Assembly (NCBI GenBank): GCA_964575955.1
Contig: CAZNTG010000007.1
Coordinates: 1-64,000 of the forward strand
DNA from: an uncultured Thermoproteaceae archaeon
GTDB taxonomy: Archaea; Thermoproteota; Thermoprotei; Thermoproteales; Thermocladiaceae
DNA: 64,000 bases
Reading direction: 5' to 3'
In this document: positions 28,859 through 39,439 of the stretch, one piece after another
How the letters are laid out: each line of letters begins with the position of its first letter
Numbering within the stretch: the first letter of the stretch is position 1
Translations under genes and position numbers: made by a program
The notes under the pieces: generated by a model
Seen by the model: the letters and a program-made list of their open reading frames with translations, nothing else
Told to the model about the DNA's origin: nothing
Databases searched by the model: none

Positions 28859-30823
28859 TTATTTGTGGCTTCTGTGGTATGTTTGTGGTTGTAGTGATCT
28901 GAATGTTATTGTATGTGTTTTGTAGACGTAGCTTTTTACTACTCCTACTCCATCTAGTGCGTATATTAGCTCATTTGCATATTCTTTAAGTCCAACTTTC
29001 TCTAGTACATGTATGTCACTTCTTAGTCCTATTTTTGTGTTTGTTAGTTGTAGTATTAGATTGTTTAGATCTTCTGGTGTATGTGTTGCAAATATTACTC
29101 CTATCTTTCTAACACGTCCAAGTCTACAAAGTTTGTTTATCATTGCTTCAACACTTTCCTTACTTATATCTTCTCCATACCTTCCTGTTTGTGGGAAATA
29201 GTTGTGTGCTTCATCTATGAGTATTATTGTTGGTTTTGGTTCTACTCCTCTTATCAAATCTTCATCTTTAATTTCAAATAATTTAGAGAGTAGTCTATAG
29301 ACAACTACAGATGCAGCCTGTGGATTTTCTCTAAAAAGTCTAAGATCGATAATTACAACATTATCAAGTATATCTCTATAATTTTCAGGTTCGTCAAATA
29401 TTATTATATATGGTTTTCCATCACCAAAATACTCATTACTAATCCATTTAACATCAATAATTCCTACATTTCTAATAATGTTTAATCCTCTAATAATATT
29501 ATCACGTTGACTCCAATGTAGTTTAAGTAGATTTGTTGCATATTCAACACATGTAACTTCCTCTTCACCTCTCTTCTTCTCAATTGTTATCTTTGCTTCA
29601 AGTATCTTATCAAGTTCTTCAGATCTTGCACATTCAGAGGCTATTGATAATACTCTATCAAATATTAAAGATACTCTCTCACTAAATATTGGAAATATTT
29701 CTGGAAGAATATTCATAACATTACTAAATCTCAAGCTCCATGGTATGAGTCTAATATTGAATTCTACATTACTCAACTCTAAATCTATATTAACACTATG
29801 TACTCTACATGTATTGTTATTAACTTTCTCTATCTCAACATCTATATCATATCTAGAGTTTGGATATGTCTTCTCTATAAATATTCTAGATATTGCATAC
29901 ATTATATATCTTGAATATTTCTCAACATCTTCAATATCTATTAAACTTAAATCTTCATCTTCCTCTTCTCTTAACCTATCTTCTGCATATTTTATAATTT
30001 TCTTACTGTAATCTCTTAAAAACTTCTTAGTTATTGGAAATACTACAGTTAGTCTATCTATAGGTTTGTAGACTATATTTTTACTATCTTTTGGTGGTAA
30101 TGCTAGATGTAGATAATCACCCTGTAAATCAAATATTATAACGCTAACATTCTCAATTTCATAAACTGATGATAATGCAATATTCTTCAATAATACTGTC
30201 TTTCCACTACCTGTAGTACCTACAACGAGTATATGTTCATGGAGTGCATATTCAGGAATTTTAACATCAATATCAATCTCTCTACCACCAACAAATAGTT
30301 TACCTAGAAGTATACCATTTTCAGGTAGTCCTAATAGTCTAGCTATATATCTAGAATTTGGCTTAATTACAGGACTTGCTGGATCTATTGGAGTATATAC
30401 TGTACTTGGATCACAATGATCAAAATCTTCACATTCAGTTATCAATTCAACTTTAACTTTTGCAGGAGTTAACAATCCTGAAATATCTCCTGGCTCTACT
30501 ATATCTAGAATGTCAGGACTTGGCTTTACACCAGCTTCTGCAAGTATGTGTCTTCTCTCAATACCAACAACTCTACCAAGTATAAGTCTATGTCTTGTAG
30601 TTGTTATAATTCCAATAAAATCACCAATATTTAACTCATTATTTAGATATGAAATACCTGGAATTTCTATAGATATAAATCTCTTATCTATAGTAATCTC
30701 AACAGGTTCAACTCTAGTAACAAATCCTATAATATTTCCAAACTTTTCTGCAATTTCTTTAGCCTTCTCTAACCTAGTCTTAACATCTTTCTCAATATCT
30801 GCAATATGTTTAATATCGTACAT
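28859..30823 (-). CDS. herA: HerA-family ATPase (HAS barrel + FtsK/HerA motor)
   Basis: HILVVGTTGSGKT, IFDLQGDY, IDEAHNYFP, RLGRVRKIG..FATH.P. Confidence 0.9.
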   Translation of the reverse strand: MYDIKHIADIEKDVKTRLEKAKEIAEKFGNIIGFVTRVEPVEITIDKRFISIEIPGISYLNNELNIGDFIGIITTTRHRLILGRVVGIERRHILAEAGVKPSPDILDIVEPGDISGLLTPAKVKVELITECEDFDHCDPSTVYTPIDPASPVIKPNSRYIARLLGLPENGILLGKLFVGGREIDIDVKIPEYALHEHILVVGTTGSGKTVLLKNIALSSVYEIENVSVIIFDLQGDYLHLALPPKDSKNIVYKPIDRLTVVFPITKKFLRDYSKKIIKYAEDRLREEEDEDLSLIDIEDVEKYSRYIMYAISRIFIEKTYPNSRYDIDVEIEKVNNNTCRVHSVNIDLELSNVEFNIRLIPWSLRFSNVMNILPEIFPIFSERVSLIFDRVLSIASECARSEELDKILEAKITIEKKRGEEEVTCVEYATNLLKLHWSQRDNIIRGLNIIRNVGIIDVKWISNEYFGDGKPYIIIFDEPENYRDILDNVVIIDLRLFRENPQAASVVVYRLLSKLFEIKDEDLIRGVEPKPTIILIDEAHNYFPQTGRYGEDISKESVEAMINKLCRLGRVRKIGVIFATHTPEDLNNLILQLTNTKIGLRSDIHVLEKVGLKEYANELIYALDGVGVVKSYVYKTHTITFRSLQPQTYHRSHK

Positions 30824-30825
30824 AT

Positions 30826-32025
30826 CTAATCACCATACTCTCTTCTAATACTAACATACTCTTCATAAGTATCATGTGTTATCGATATACCTCTAACTAA
30901 ACTATAAACTACAGCCTGTCTATACAAGATTGCTGTAGATTTCTTAGCAAATCTATCAACAATATCTAAAGGTAGTGGAAGACCACTCATAGAGAGATTA
31001 TTTAAAAGTACATGTATAGTATCTTCAATAATGTCATAATACTTTCTATAATGTTCATACAATACTTCTATCCTAAATATCCTCTTAAATACATGTGGTT
31101 GTTCAACATAGACATACCAGAAAACTCTATCAGGATATATTACATAACCATCAATTTTATTTGAAACATACATAGATTTGAATGGTCCAACTATGAATTT
31201 TCTAAGTTTCAATCTATTCGCTATACATTCAACTATGATGACATCTTCCAAATTTTCAATACCTCTTAATTTAAACTCTCTACATATTAAATCTATAAAT
31301 TCTCTACATTTACATATTTTTCTAGACTTCTCAATTCTCTTAGCAATACCTATGACAGGTATTTTTGAATTATTTAAAATTTGTGTTCTCTCTTTAATAA
31401 GTTTTCTCTGAGCTCTTGCATAATGATCATCTCTAACTAATGCTGGATATGCAAAATATATTGGTCCATCAATAATTATAACATCATTATAATTCTCTCT
31501 TATTAATTCTTCTAAAGTCTTTGTCTCAATTCTAGTTCTAAGTTCATCACTAATACTATCTTCATCATACTCCTCATCATATTCTCTACCTATTGGAGAT
31601 CTAGTATATACTAGGTCTGTATTGATAGTATTCTCGATTTGGTATAGTATATATCTTGGTGCTTTAATAGCTATGAATGGTGTTAAGATTTTAGATAGAT
31701 TATATATGTCTTGTAGTGATGGGTAGATTTTTATAATTTTATCATATATTGCTACTCCTGCAAGATATATTGTTGCAATATTATATCTAATTCTTCTCGT
31801 TGAACCATCGATAAGACCAATAGAATGTTTATTAATGTTTGTATCGTTTATATTCTGTATTGGTGTTATTATTCTATGTGAATTTTCAGTTAGTAGAGAA
31901 ACGTTTTGTGGACTAGTTTCTTCAATATTTTTACTACTTTCTCTACCTTTCAGTACTATACTATCTATAGAATTTGAAAATTTTGATAAATTATCTATTA
32001 TCTGCTCAATTAGTGAAAATATCAC
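30826..32025 (-). CDS. nurA: NurA-family nuclease
   Basis: IDGST, R..IE, IIIDGPI, IGIAKR, GLPLPL..VD..AK; directly upstream of herA. Confidence 0.85.
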   Translation of the reverse strand: MIFSLIEQIIDNLSKFSNSIDSIVLKGRESSKNIEETSPQNVSLLTENSHRIITPIQNINDTNINKHSIGLIDGSTRRIRYNIATIYLAGVAIYDKIIKIYPSLQDIYNLSKILTPFIAIKAPRYILYQIENTINTDLVYTRSPIGREYDEEYDEDSISDELRTRIETKTLEELIRENYNDVIIIDGPIYFAYPALVRDDHYARAQRKLIKERTQILNNSKIPVIGIAKRIEKSRKICKCREFIDLICREFKLRGIENLEDVIIVECIANRLKLRKFIVGPFKSMYVSNKIDGYVIYPDRVFWYVYVEQPHVFKRIFRIEVLYEHYRKYYDIIEDTIHVLLNNLSMSGLPLPLDIVDRFAKKSTAILYRQAVVYSLVRGISITHDTYEEYVSIRREYGD

Positions 32026-32101
32026 AAGTATGGGAGTATACGTACATGTTTAAATGTGTTATTTAGTAATGTTGAAATAGTCTGTCATTACGTGTTAAAC
32101 T

Positions 32102-33160
32102 ATGGTTGGGTACTATATTGGAGTTCTAGGTTCACATTCTGCATTAGATGTTCTTGATGGTGCTAAAGATGAAGGTTTTAAGACAGTAGTCATATGTCAA
32201 CGTGGACGTGAAAAACCATATTTGATGTTTCCTGTTGCTGATGAAGTTATAGTTCTAGACAGGTTTGTAGATATGGTAAAGCCTGACGTTATTGAGAAGT
32301 TGAAGAAGCTTAACACGATCTTTATACCTAACAGAAGTTTTGCAGTATATGTAGGATATGATAATATTGAAAATAATTTTCCAATACCAATATTTGGAAA
32401 TAGGAGATTATTGAGATGGGAAGAGAGAGTTGGAGAGAAAAATTATTATAAAATTCTCGACCATGCAGGTATTAGAAGACCAAAGACGTTTAAGAGTATT
32501 GATGAAGTTGATAGACCTGTAATAGTTAAGATACCTGAAGCTAAGAGAAGAATTGAACGTGGCTTCTTCATTGCTAGAGATAGAGATGACTTGCTAAAGA
32601 AGGCTAAGAAACTTGAGGAAGAAGGTATAATAAAGATTGAAGATCTTGAGAAATATGCATCTATTGAAGAATTTATAATTGGTGCACACTTTAATGTAAA
32701 CTACTTCTATAGTCCAATATTGAATAGACTTGAACTTCATAGTATTGATAGGAGAGTACAGACAAACCTTGATGGAATTATTAGACTTCCTGCAGATATA
32801 CAGCTAGAACTTAGACCTATCATGAGGATGATAGAGATTGGACATATAGCATCAACAATTCGTGAAAGTCAACTTCAGAAAATATTTGAAATTGGTGAAA
32901 GATTTGTAAAAGCAACACAGGAATTAGAGCCACCAGGAATTATAGGTCCATTCACACTTCAAATACTTGTAACTCCAGAACTTGACATAGTTGTATATGA
33001 TGTAGCTCCAAGAATTGGAGGTGGAACAAACGTCTACATGGGTATTGGTGGTCAATATAGTAAGTTATACTGGAGAAAGCCAATATCTATGGGTAGGAGA
33101 ATTGCAATTGAGATAAAGTTAGCAATTGAACAGGACAAGCTAGACAAAATACTTACCTGA
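32102..33160 (+). CDS. purP: formate-phosphoribosylaminoimidazolecarboxamide ligase (PurP family)
   Basis: [47 protein letters not shown]. Confidence 0.93.
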   Translation: MVGYYIGVLGSHSALDVLDGAKDEGFKTVVICQRGREKPYLMFPVADEVIVLDRFVDMVKPDVIEKLKKLNTIFIPNRSFAVYVGYDNIENNFPIPIFGNRRLLRWEERVGEKNYYKILDHAGIRRPKTFKSIDEVDRPVIVKIPEAKRRIERGFFIARDRDDLLKKAKKLEEEGIIKIEDLEKYASIEEFIIGAHFNVNYFYSPILNRLELHSIDRRVQTNLDGIIRLPADIQLELRPIMRMIEIGHIASTIRESQLQKIFEIGERFVKATQELEPPGIIGPFTLQILVTPELDIVVYDVAPRIGGGTNVYMGIGGQYSKLYWRKPISMGRRIAIEIKLAIEQDKLDKILT

Positions 33161-33164
33161 AATA

Positions 33165-33213
33165 TCAGTGCTGCTCGGCTTCTTCATCTCTCTGGTAGGC
33201 TCCCTATCATCAC
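33165..33213 (-). ncRNA. box C/D guide sRNA (D guide: 23S A-loop), overlapping the 3' end of a CDS
   Basis: Minus strand GTGATGA-TAGGGAGCCTAC-CAGA-GAG-ATGAAGA-AGCCGAGCAGCA-CTGA. Confidence 0.85.
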
Positions 33214-34353
33214 TGTCTCTAGTCCAAGATACCAACATGCTATTCTTAACTCTTCAACAAGATTTTCAAGTATTATTATGTGGTGATTTCCTGATATGTC
33301 TCTCATATCAATATACATTCCACAATTTATACCAATCTTTGTTAAACATGCTTTAAAATCTCTTAACTTATCTACATTTTCCTCAACTACACCATACGCT
33401 ATAAAACTTGTTCTAAACCTACTATCTATTCTAAATATTGTACATCTAGTACCTGTCTGTACATAACCCTCAACACCATACTTATACCCAGTTTCAAAAT
33501 GTGGTTTAAGTTCATACTTCTCAAACATTGATAATGATCCTGTACAGTGTGCAAATCTTAAGATACTTCCTTCAACATCTACTAAATTAGCCATTATTGA
33601 TCTCGTAATCAATTTTTCATCAATATTCTTTATCAATATCATTGATAGTAGTGATGCTATATCACATTCACATGATATTGGAATTTTCTCTGATAGTAAT
33701 TTAGCATATGCTAGACATGGTGTATATTTAATACTTCTGAGAAGTTTAAAACAGTCTAGTGTAACACCATCAAGATTATACCTATCTACTACATCTCTAA
33801 TATATGTGTATAAATCTTCTATAAATTTTTCATACGATTCTGTAGATATCTCTAATTTACTTACCATTATTGGTATTATGTCAGTATTTTTTATAATATC
33901 ATACCATTCATCTCTTAAATTTTCTTCACCTATAATTCCAATTCTAGCTCTATACATCCTATATGCAGCTTTACAGGATTTTACTACTAACTCTACATCT
34001 TTAATAACATCTTCATCAATATCTGCATAATACATGTGTAGTATTTTTGAATCAGTCTTCTTTCTCTCTAGGAATCCTAGTGCTGATGGTAGACTATTAT
34101 CTTTAGGCATGCTTAAGATAACTTTTGGACATCTATAGACTTGGTCTATCTGTATTGCAGTTCTACTAGTACCACCACTCAAGAATATTAATATTATTAG
34201 GTTTGGTTTTTCTTCAAGTTTTAATTCTGAAAATTTTGATATAGGTTCATGAACTTTTTCTCCATATAACTTTCTCAACTTCTCTAAAACATTCTCAATC
34301 TTTGAATCTATACTTCTCGTTGTTAGTGGAATTATGCTAAACCTAAAGCTCAT
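33184..34353 (-). CDS. L-fucose/L-arabinose isomerase-like protein
   Basis: SGGT, NSLPSA, TLDCF, TPCL, CECD, FAHCT, PHFETG, GNHHI. Confidence 0.75.
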   Translation of the reverse strand: MSFRFSIIPLTTRSIDSKIENVLEKLRKLYGEKVHEPISKFSELKLEEKPNLIILIFLSGGTSRTAIQIDQVYRCPKVILSMPKDNSLPSALGFLERKKTDSKILHMYYADIDEDVIKDVELVVKSCKAAYRMYRARIGIIGEENLRDEWYDIIKNTDIIPIMVSKLEISTESYEKFIEDLYTYIRDVVDRYNLDGVTLDCFKLLRSIKYTPCLAYAKLLSEKIPISCECDIASLLSMILIKNIDEKLITRSIMANLVDVEGSILRFAHCTGSLSMFEKYELKPHFETGYKYGVEGYVQTGTRCTIFRIDSRFRTSFIAYGVVEENVDKLRDFKACLTKIGINCGMYIDMRDISGNHHIIILENLVEELRIACWYLGLETVMIGSLPER

Positions 34354-34379
34354 AACTTACATATGCATATTTCAAAAAT

Positions 34380-35237
34380 ATGAAAATTGTCCCGAAAGGT
34401 AGCATTGTCAGATTTAGATGTAAGATGTGTGGTTCTTGTTGTAGAAGACTTCTAAATTTAGAAATAACAGCTTACGATATTGTTGAATGGTGGGAAAAGG
34501 GTAGATATGACATAATTGCACATCTAGTAGCAATTCAAGATGATGTAGCTAAGAGTTACAATGTTCCACTAATATTTACATTTCCAAGAAGAGGTGATGG
34601 TTCCTGTATATATCTTAGAAATAATCTATGTAGTATACATGATGTAAAACCACTAGCATGTAGAATATACCCATTCGGACTTGGACCAAATTACGAACTT
34701 ATAATTCAGGAAGAATGTCAAGGTCTTGGTGAAGGTGATGTTGTAGATGTTGAAAATGTTATAGCAATGTTGAGAAAACACTTAGCAGGTATTCAAGCTT
34801 TGAAAATTCCTGAAGTTCTTAAGAAAATTCTAGATATAGTATTATACTCTAAGAGGTTGATATTAGAGAAGATTGGGTGTGTAGATATTTTAGATAAAAT
34901 TGGTAATGAAAAGCCTGACTATGTCATCGTTAAAGATTTTAGAGATATTAAAAGACTAGTATACGTAGTTTATTATGGTGATGTAGGTTCATTAATGATG
35001 CATATAGACGACATAGAGACTATATGTAGATGGTTTGCTGAAAATACTAGAAGTATGGATGATGCAATATCGATAGTACATATTCACGAAAATGAAGATG
35101 GTAGAGAAGCTTGTAGAGGTATACTTATGCTATATAGTGTTAATAATTTTAGAAATATAGATAATGTTATTAAGAGATGTCTAGATATGCTAAATGATCT
35201 AAGTGTTGAGCTTACTACAGTATTCCTTAGGTATTAA
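34380..35237 (+). CDS. YkgJ-family Cys-cluster (Fe-S/Zn) protein with extra C-terminal domain
   Basis: FRCKMCGSCC, CIYL...CSIH..KPLACRIYPF, C.GLG. Confidence 0.85.
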   Translation: MKIVPKGSIVRFRCKMCGSCCRRLLNLEITAYDIVEWWEKGRYDIIAHLVAIQDDVAKSYNVPLIFTFPRRGDGSCIYLRNNLCSIHDVKPLACRIYPFGLGPNYELIIQEECQGLGEGDVVDVENVIAMLRKHLAGIQALKIPEVLKKILDIVLYSKRLILEKIGCVDILDKIGNEKPDYVIVKDFRDIKRLVYVVYYGDVGSLMMHIDDIETICRWFAENTRSMDDAISIVHIHENEDGREACRGILMLYSVNNFRNIDNVIKRCLDMLNDLSVELTTVFLRY

Positions 35238-35750
35238 TTCTCTACCACATATATGCTCCAATATCTTTCTCACACATGTATCTACATCTTCAATATCGGT
35301 ATCTACAATAACATCAGGATTTGTAGGTTCTTCATACGGTACTTGAAGTCCAGGTAATGTCTTAATCTTACCTTCGAGAGCTGCTCTATATAGACCTTTA
35401 GGATCTCTTTTCATAGCTGTTTCGAGACTACACTTAACATAAACTTCAATAAACTTCTCTTTGAATTCCCTTCTAGCTTCTTCTCTATAAACTCTTTTAT
35501 GTCCTGTAGCGTCTATAATTACAAATATACCATTTCTATATAACAACTTTGCAAGCCAAATAATGACCTTTCCATAAAACCAATCTCTCTCCTCCTCTGT
35601 GTATAGTGGTTTTGGTGTTAATATTTTTCTTAATTCATCACTTTCTAAAATCTCTACTTTAATACCAACATCTACAAGCTTTTTATATAGTTTTTTAGCT
35701 ATTGTAGATTTACCACTAGCAGGTATTCCCGTTAACCAGACTACTAACAT
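35199..35750 (-). CDS. cysC: adenylyl-sulfate kinase
   Basis: VWLTGIPASGKST, RDPKGLY, LPGLQVPYEEP. Confidence 0.88.
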   Translation of the reverse strand: MLVVWLTGIPASGKSTIAKKLYKKLVDVGIKVEILESDELRKILTPKPLYTEEERDWFYGKVIIWLAKLLYRNGIFVIIDATGHKRVYREEARREFKEKFIEVYVKCSLETAMKRDPKGLYRAALEGKIKTLPGLQVPYEEPTNPDVIVDTDIEDVDTCVRKILEHICGRELIPKEYCSKLNT

Positions 35751-36109
35751 TACAGTAATTTTAGATGTCCAGTAACTTTATCAATAAGATCTTCAGGTCC
35801 TGGACCTATAGCTAGTACTGTGACTGTTCCTGGTGGTAGTTCTGTAAGTCCTGCATCTTGAATAATAACAGCTGGAAGATCTAGACTTTTAGCTTTTTCA
35901 TAAAGTTTTAATAGTTCTTCAAGATTTTCAACCTTCAACACAACCTTCTTCTGACCTTCACTAATCCACTTCTGTAACCATTCTCTCCACTTCTGTTTAT
36001 TACTATTCAATATTTCAAGTACGGCACTAACACTTCCATGTGCTACTTGTGCAGCAATTTTTCCACAAGACATTTTCAAATCTTTTCTAACAACAATAAC
36101 CTGCTTCAT
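35750..36109 (-). CDS. pth2: peptidyl-tRNA hydrolase Pth2
   Basis: [36 protein letters not shown]. Confidence 0.96.
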   Translation of the reverse strand: MKQVIVVRKDLKMSCGKIAAQVAHGSVSAVLEILNSNKQKWREWLQKWISEGQKKVVLKVENLEELLKLYEKAKSLDLPAVIIQDAGLTELPPGTVTVLAIGPGPEDLIDKVTGHLKLL

Positions 36110-36190
36110 CTTGTTGAGGTGGTTTAGGATTAGGAAATTTTTTAAGATAATGGAAAGAATCGGGAAGAAGGTTCTCGTTTTCCTTTTTAC

Positions 36191-36523
36191 TTACATTAGG
36201 ATGAATGCCATTGCGAATCCGTAGATTGCTATTGCCTCTGCTAGAGCTATGAATAGTAGATACATTGCGAATAGTTCTCTTCTCTCTACAATAGCTCCAA
36301 TAGCTGCAGCACCTGCAAGACCTACTCCAATACCGGCACCGCCTGCAGCTACTCCAAATGCTACTCCAGCACCTAGATATCTAAGACCTTTCTCAATTCC
36401 TGGATACTTAACTGCAGCTGCTGCAAATGCTATGTTTGTTATTAATGCTATTGCTATTATAACTGCTAGTGATGTAATACAAATCTTCTTACTCTTCATA
36501 AGCCTATACCCAATACACGACAT
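36191..36523 (-). CDS. atpK: A-type ATP synthase proteolipid subunit c/K with signal-like N-terminus
   Basis: GAG..FG.AA.GAGIGVG.AGAAAIG, LAEAIAIYG; start could be 36499. Confidence 0.9.
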   Translation of the reverse strand: MSCIGYRLMKSKKICITSLAVIIAIALITNIAFAAAAVKYPGIEKGLRYLGAGVAFGVAAGGAGIGVGLAGAAAIGAIVERRELFAMYLLFIALAEAIAIYGFAMAFILM

Positions 36524-36624
36524 GTCAATATCTAAATAAGCTTTACCTAGGAGAAACAGGGTTATCTAGTTCACTACCACACTCTTATAAATATGTAACA
36601 TCTATGTCATAATTCAAGATAATT

Positions 36625-37812
36625 ATGAAGTTTGAAACAAGATTAATACATGGAGGTAAGAGACACACATTTGATAGTCTTGGATCAATTGTAGAGCCAA
36701 TATTCACATCAGCAGTATACCTATACCATGAGTATATTAGTAAAGAGATACCACACACAATACCTTACAAATATTCTAGAGAAGATAATCCAACAGTAGT
36801 ACATGTAGAGGAGAAGGTAAAGATTCTTGATGAAGGTTCTTCATGTCTGGCATTTTCAAGTGGTTTAGCATCAATTAAATGTTTAATAGAAACTCTATGC
36901 TTAAAGTATAGAAAACCAATACTCATAGCTCCACTAGATCTATATGGATCAACGATAGTCTTATTTAAAAAGTATAATGATGTTGGACTACTTGAACTTA
37001 AATTAACAAAGCCAGGTACTGAAAATATTTTAGAAGCTATACAACAAGTTTCTAAAATTAAAAAACATGTAGTTGTCTATGTTGAGACTGTGTCAAATCC
37101 AATATTAAGAATTTACGATATCTATGAGATTAAGAAATTTTTAGAAGAATTAAATATTGAACATACACTAATAGTCGATAATACAATACCAACGCAGATA
37201 GGTATTAGACCTATACAATATGGTGCAGATTTCACAATATATAGTGCATCAAAATACTTATCAGGACATAACGATGTTATAGGTGGATTTATAGTACTTA
37301 AAGATGATAGACTACATGAAGATCTTTGGCATTCTAGAAGACTTTCAGGATGTATAATGTCGCCATTTACAGCATACCTAATTGATAGAGGATTAAAAAC
37401 ACTTCATATAAGAATGAGAAAGCATGAAGAAAATGCAAGAGCAGTAGCAGAATATTTACAAGATCATCCAAAAGTTAGTGAAGTAATATATCCAGGACTT
37501 TCAACACATCCTGACTATAGGATAGGCATTAGATTATTAAGATGTGTTAGTGGCATAGTATCTTTCAAAGTTAGAGGAAGTGTAGACTTATCAAAAATAT
37601 ATTCAAAAATGAGGATAATAATTCCTGGAGTAAGTTTTGGAGGTCCTGAAACAATAATTACACACCCATCATCAACAACACACAAATATTTAACTGAAGA
37701 TGAAAAGATGATAATAGGCATTGATGAGAAATTATTTAGACTTAGCGTAGGTTTAGAAAATGTTGAAGATATAATTGAAGATTTAGATAGAATATTATCA
37801 ACAATCACTTGA
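36625..37812 (+). CDS. cystathionine gamma-synthase/lyase family PLP enzyme
   Basis: YSREDNPT, FSSG, ETVSNP, VDNT, SASKYLSGHND, RGLKTL, RLSVGLE. Confidence 0.9.
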   Translation: MKFETRLIHGGKRHTFDSLGSIVEPIFTSAVYLYHEYISKEIPHTIPYKYSREDNPTVVHVEEKVKILDEGSSCLAFSSGLASIKCLIETLCLKYRKPILIAPLDLYGSTIVLFKKYNDVGLLELKLTKPGTENILEAIQQVSKIKKHVVVYVETVSNPILRIYDIYEIKKFLEELNIEHTLIVDNTIPTQIGIRPIQYGADFTIYSASKYLSGHNDVIGGFIVLKDDRLHEDLWHSRRLSGCIMSPFTAYLIDRGLKTLHIRMRKHEENARAVAEYLQDHPKVSEVIYPGLSTHPDYRIGIRLLRCVSGIVSFKVRGSVDLSKIYSKMRIIIPGVSFGGPETIITHPSSTTHKYLTEDEKMIIGIDEKLFRLSVGLENVEDIIEDLDRILSTIT

Positions 37813-38833
37813 CAGAAATTGGTATAGCTGTTGTAGGTGTAATTGTAATATTCTTCATAGGTAGTTTAGAGAGAACTTTACACACATAACCATTATATAC
37901 ATTCACTATACTTGAAATATTAGTAAGAATTATCATATTACTATCTCTAAATCTTATAAGTGTAATTACATATATTGGAAATATCTTATTAACATTTAAA
38001 CACACACAATATCCAGTATATCTTATGTAGTATAGTTGAGATATTGAAGAAGGTAAATATATACCAGCATTAACGCCACCGTACATGCCGCATCTACATA
38101 CATATTTTCTAGACCCTATATAGGCTATATAATACTTAACGTTAGATACATTCATAATAACATTCTCAATACTTGATAATATTTTCGATATATTTCCAGA
38201 GTATGGAAGTTTAGTAATATTACAAAAACCTTCACATTTAACCTTACTTCCTAATGACGTACAAATTTGAATGCATGTCTTAACCTTATTCTCACTAACC
38301 TCTAAACTACACATTGATATATTCTTAAATATTGAATATCTTGTAAATGGTATTGATATTCCACCAATCATTATATAAAATTCCTTCTTAACACCACTAA
38401 AGCCTATGACAATGTTTGTATAGTTAAAGGATAGCTCTGTGCCATATCCATAAGCTAGTAGACTTATCTTAGGGATGTATATTGTAAATTGTCTATACCT
38501 TAATATTTTCGATAATACTTTCTCAATACTTCTATTAAATACTTCTATATATTTACCTGATGCTATAGAGATATTACTACTTACATTCCTTAGTATTAAT
38601 ATATAACTAACTGCTACACTCTTATTTACATTTTTAATTCTTTTCTCTACTTTCTTCTGCTCTGTTGACTTTATGATAATTGTCTTATTTTGTGTAGGAA
38701 TATTCTTACTAATCTTAATTTTTGTTGGAATGCTCTTAATTAGCTGTTTCATATAGTAGTATGATCCTAAGATTCCTGCTATTGCTCCAATGATTACCAC
38801 AACTATGATTATTATGAGATTTTTAGATATCAC
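37805..38833 (-). CDS. membrane-anchored extracellular hypothetical protein
   Basis: Single N-terminal TM helix; many N-x-S/T sequons; Cys pairs. Confidence 0.7.
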   Translation of the reverse strand: MISKNLIIIIVVVIIGAIAGILGSYYYMKQLIKSIPTKIKISKNIPTQNKTIIIKSTEQKKVEKRIKNVNKSVAVSYILILRNVSSNISIASGKYIEVFNRSIEKVLSKILRYRQFTIYIPKISLLAYGYGTELSFNYTNIVIGFSGVKKEFYIMIGGISIPFTRYSIFKNISMCSLEVSENKVKTCIQICTSLGSKVKCEGFCNITKLPYSGNISKILSSIENVIMNVSNVKYYIAYIGSRKYVCRCGMYGGVNAGIYLPSSISQLYYIRYTGYCVCLNVNKIFPIYVITLIRFRDSNMIILTNISSIVNVYNGYVCKVLSKLPMKNITITPTTAIPISVK

Positions 38834-38876
38834 ATATTGTAAAGTTTATGTCAGGTATATAAGCGTTTCAATACTT

Positions 38877-39365
38877 CTAAACTATGTATATGTGATAGTT
38901 TTTAAATAGTTCATCAAATATTATTATCATAATGTTCTTCACATTTTCTACATTATTTACATTTATTTTATATAGGTTTGATTTAACTCCTCTCAAGTCT
39001 GTACATCCAAATCCTTTTATTGGTATAGTGTTTTTTAGAGAGTTTATTAAATTTGATAGTAATGTTTCTGGTCTTATAGATAGTTTGTATTTTTCTAATG
39101 TTGCATATATTATTGATATGTTACTTATAGAGCATTGTGTTAGTAGGTAGTCAATATGCCAGTGTAGCTTTTTCAATTCTCTAAATTTTAAATATCTCTT
39201 CAATCTTCTTCTTAAGCTGTGTAATGCTGAGCCTACGTATATGTATATTCCTTTATCTATTTTGAATATCTTAGTCTTTCCTATATGTATATTACATTCT
39301 TCTGATACTTCTAGTATTAGTATATACACACCCTTTCTATCAGGTATATCTATCTCTCTACTCAT
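38877..39365 (-). CDS. GIY-YIG nuclease (DUF123 family)
   Basis: KGVYIL, GIYIYVGSA, HWHIDYLL, GFGCTD. Confidence 0.88.
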   Translation of the reverse strand: MSREIDIPDRKGVYILILEVSEECNIHIGKTKIFKIDKGIYIYVGSALHSLRRRLKRYLKFRELKKLHWHIDYLLTQCSISNISIIYATLEKYKLSIRPETLLSNLINSLKNTIPIKGFGCTDLRGVKSNLYKINVNNVENVKNIMIIIFDELFKNYHIYIV

Positions 39366-39439
39366 GGTATTATTTTAATATCTCGATAACTCTCTACTAG
39401 CGATATGCGTTACTGGTAGATCTAGTAATAACAATAATA

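Noticed and set aside
7632-37812. Sulfate-assimilation pathway from PAPS reductase-like, cysC and metB-like genes
   Set aside because: Genes are scattered with no ATP sulfurylase or sulfite reductase; the PUA-type PAPS-reductase family has uncertain function
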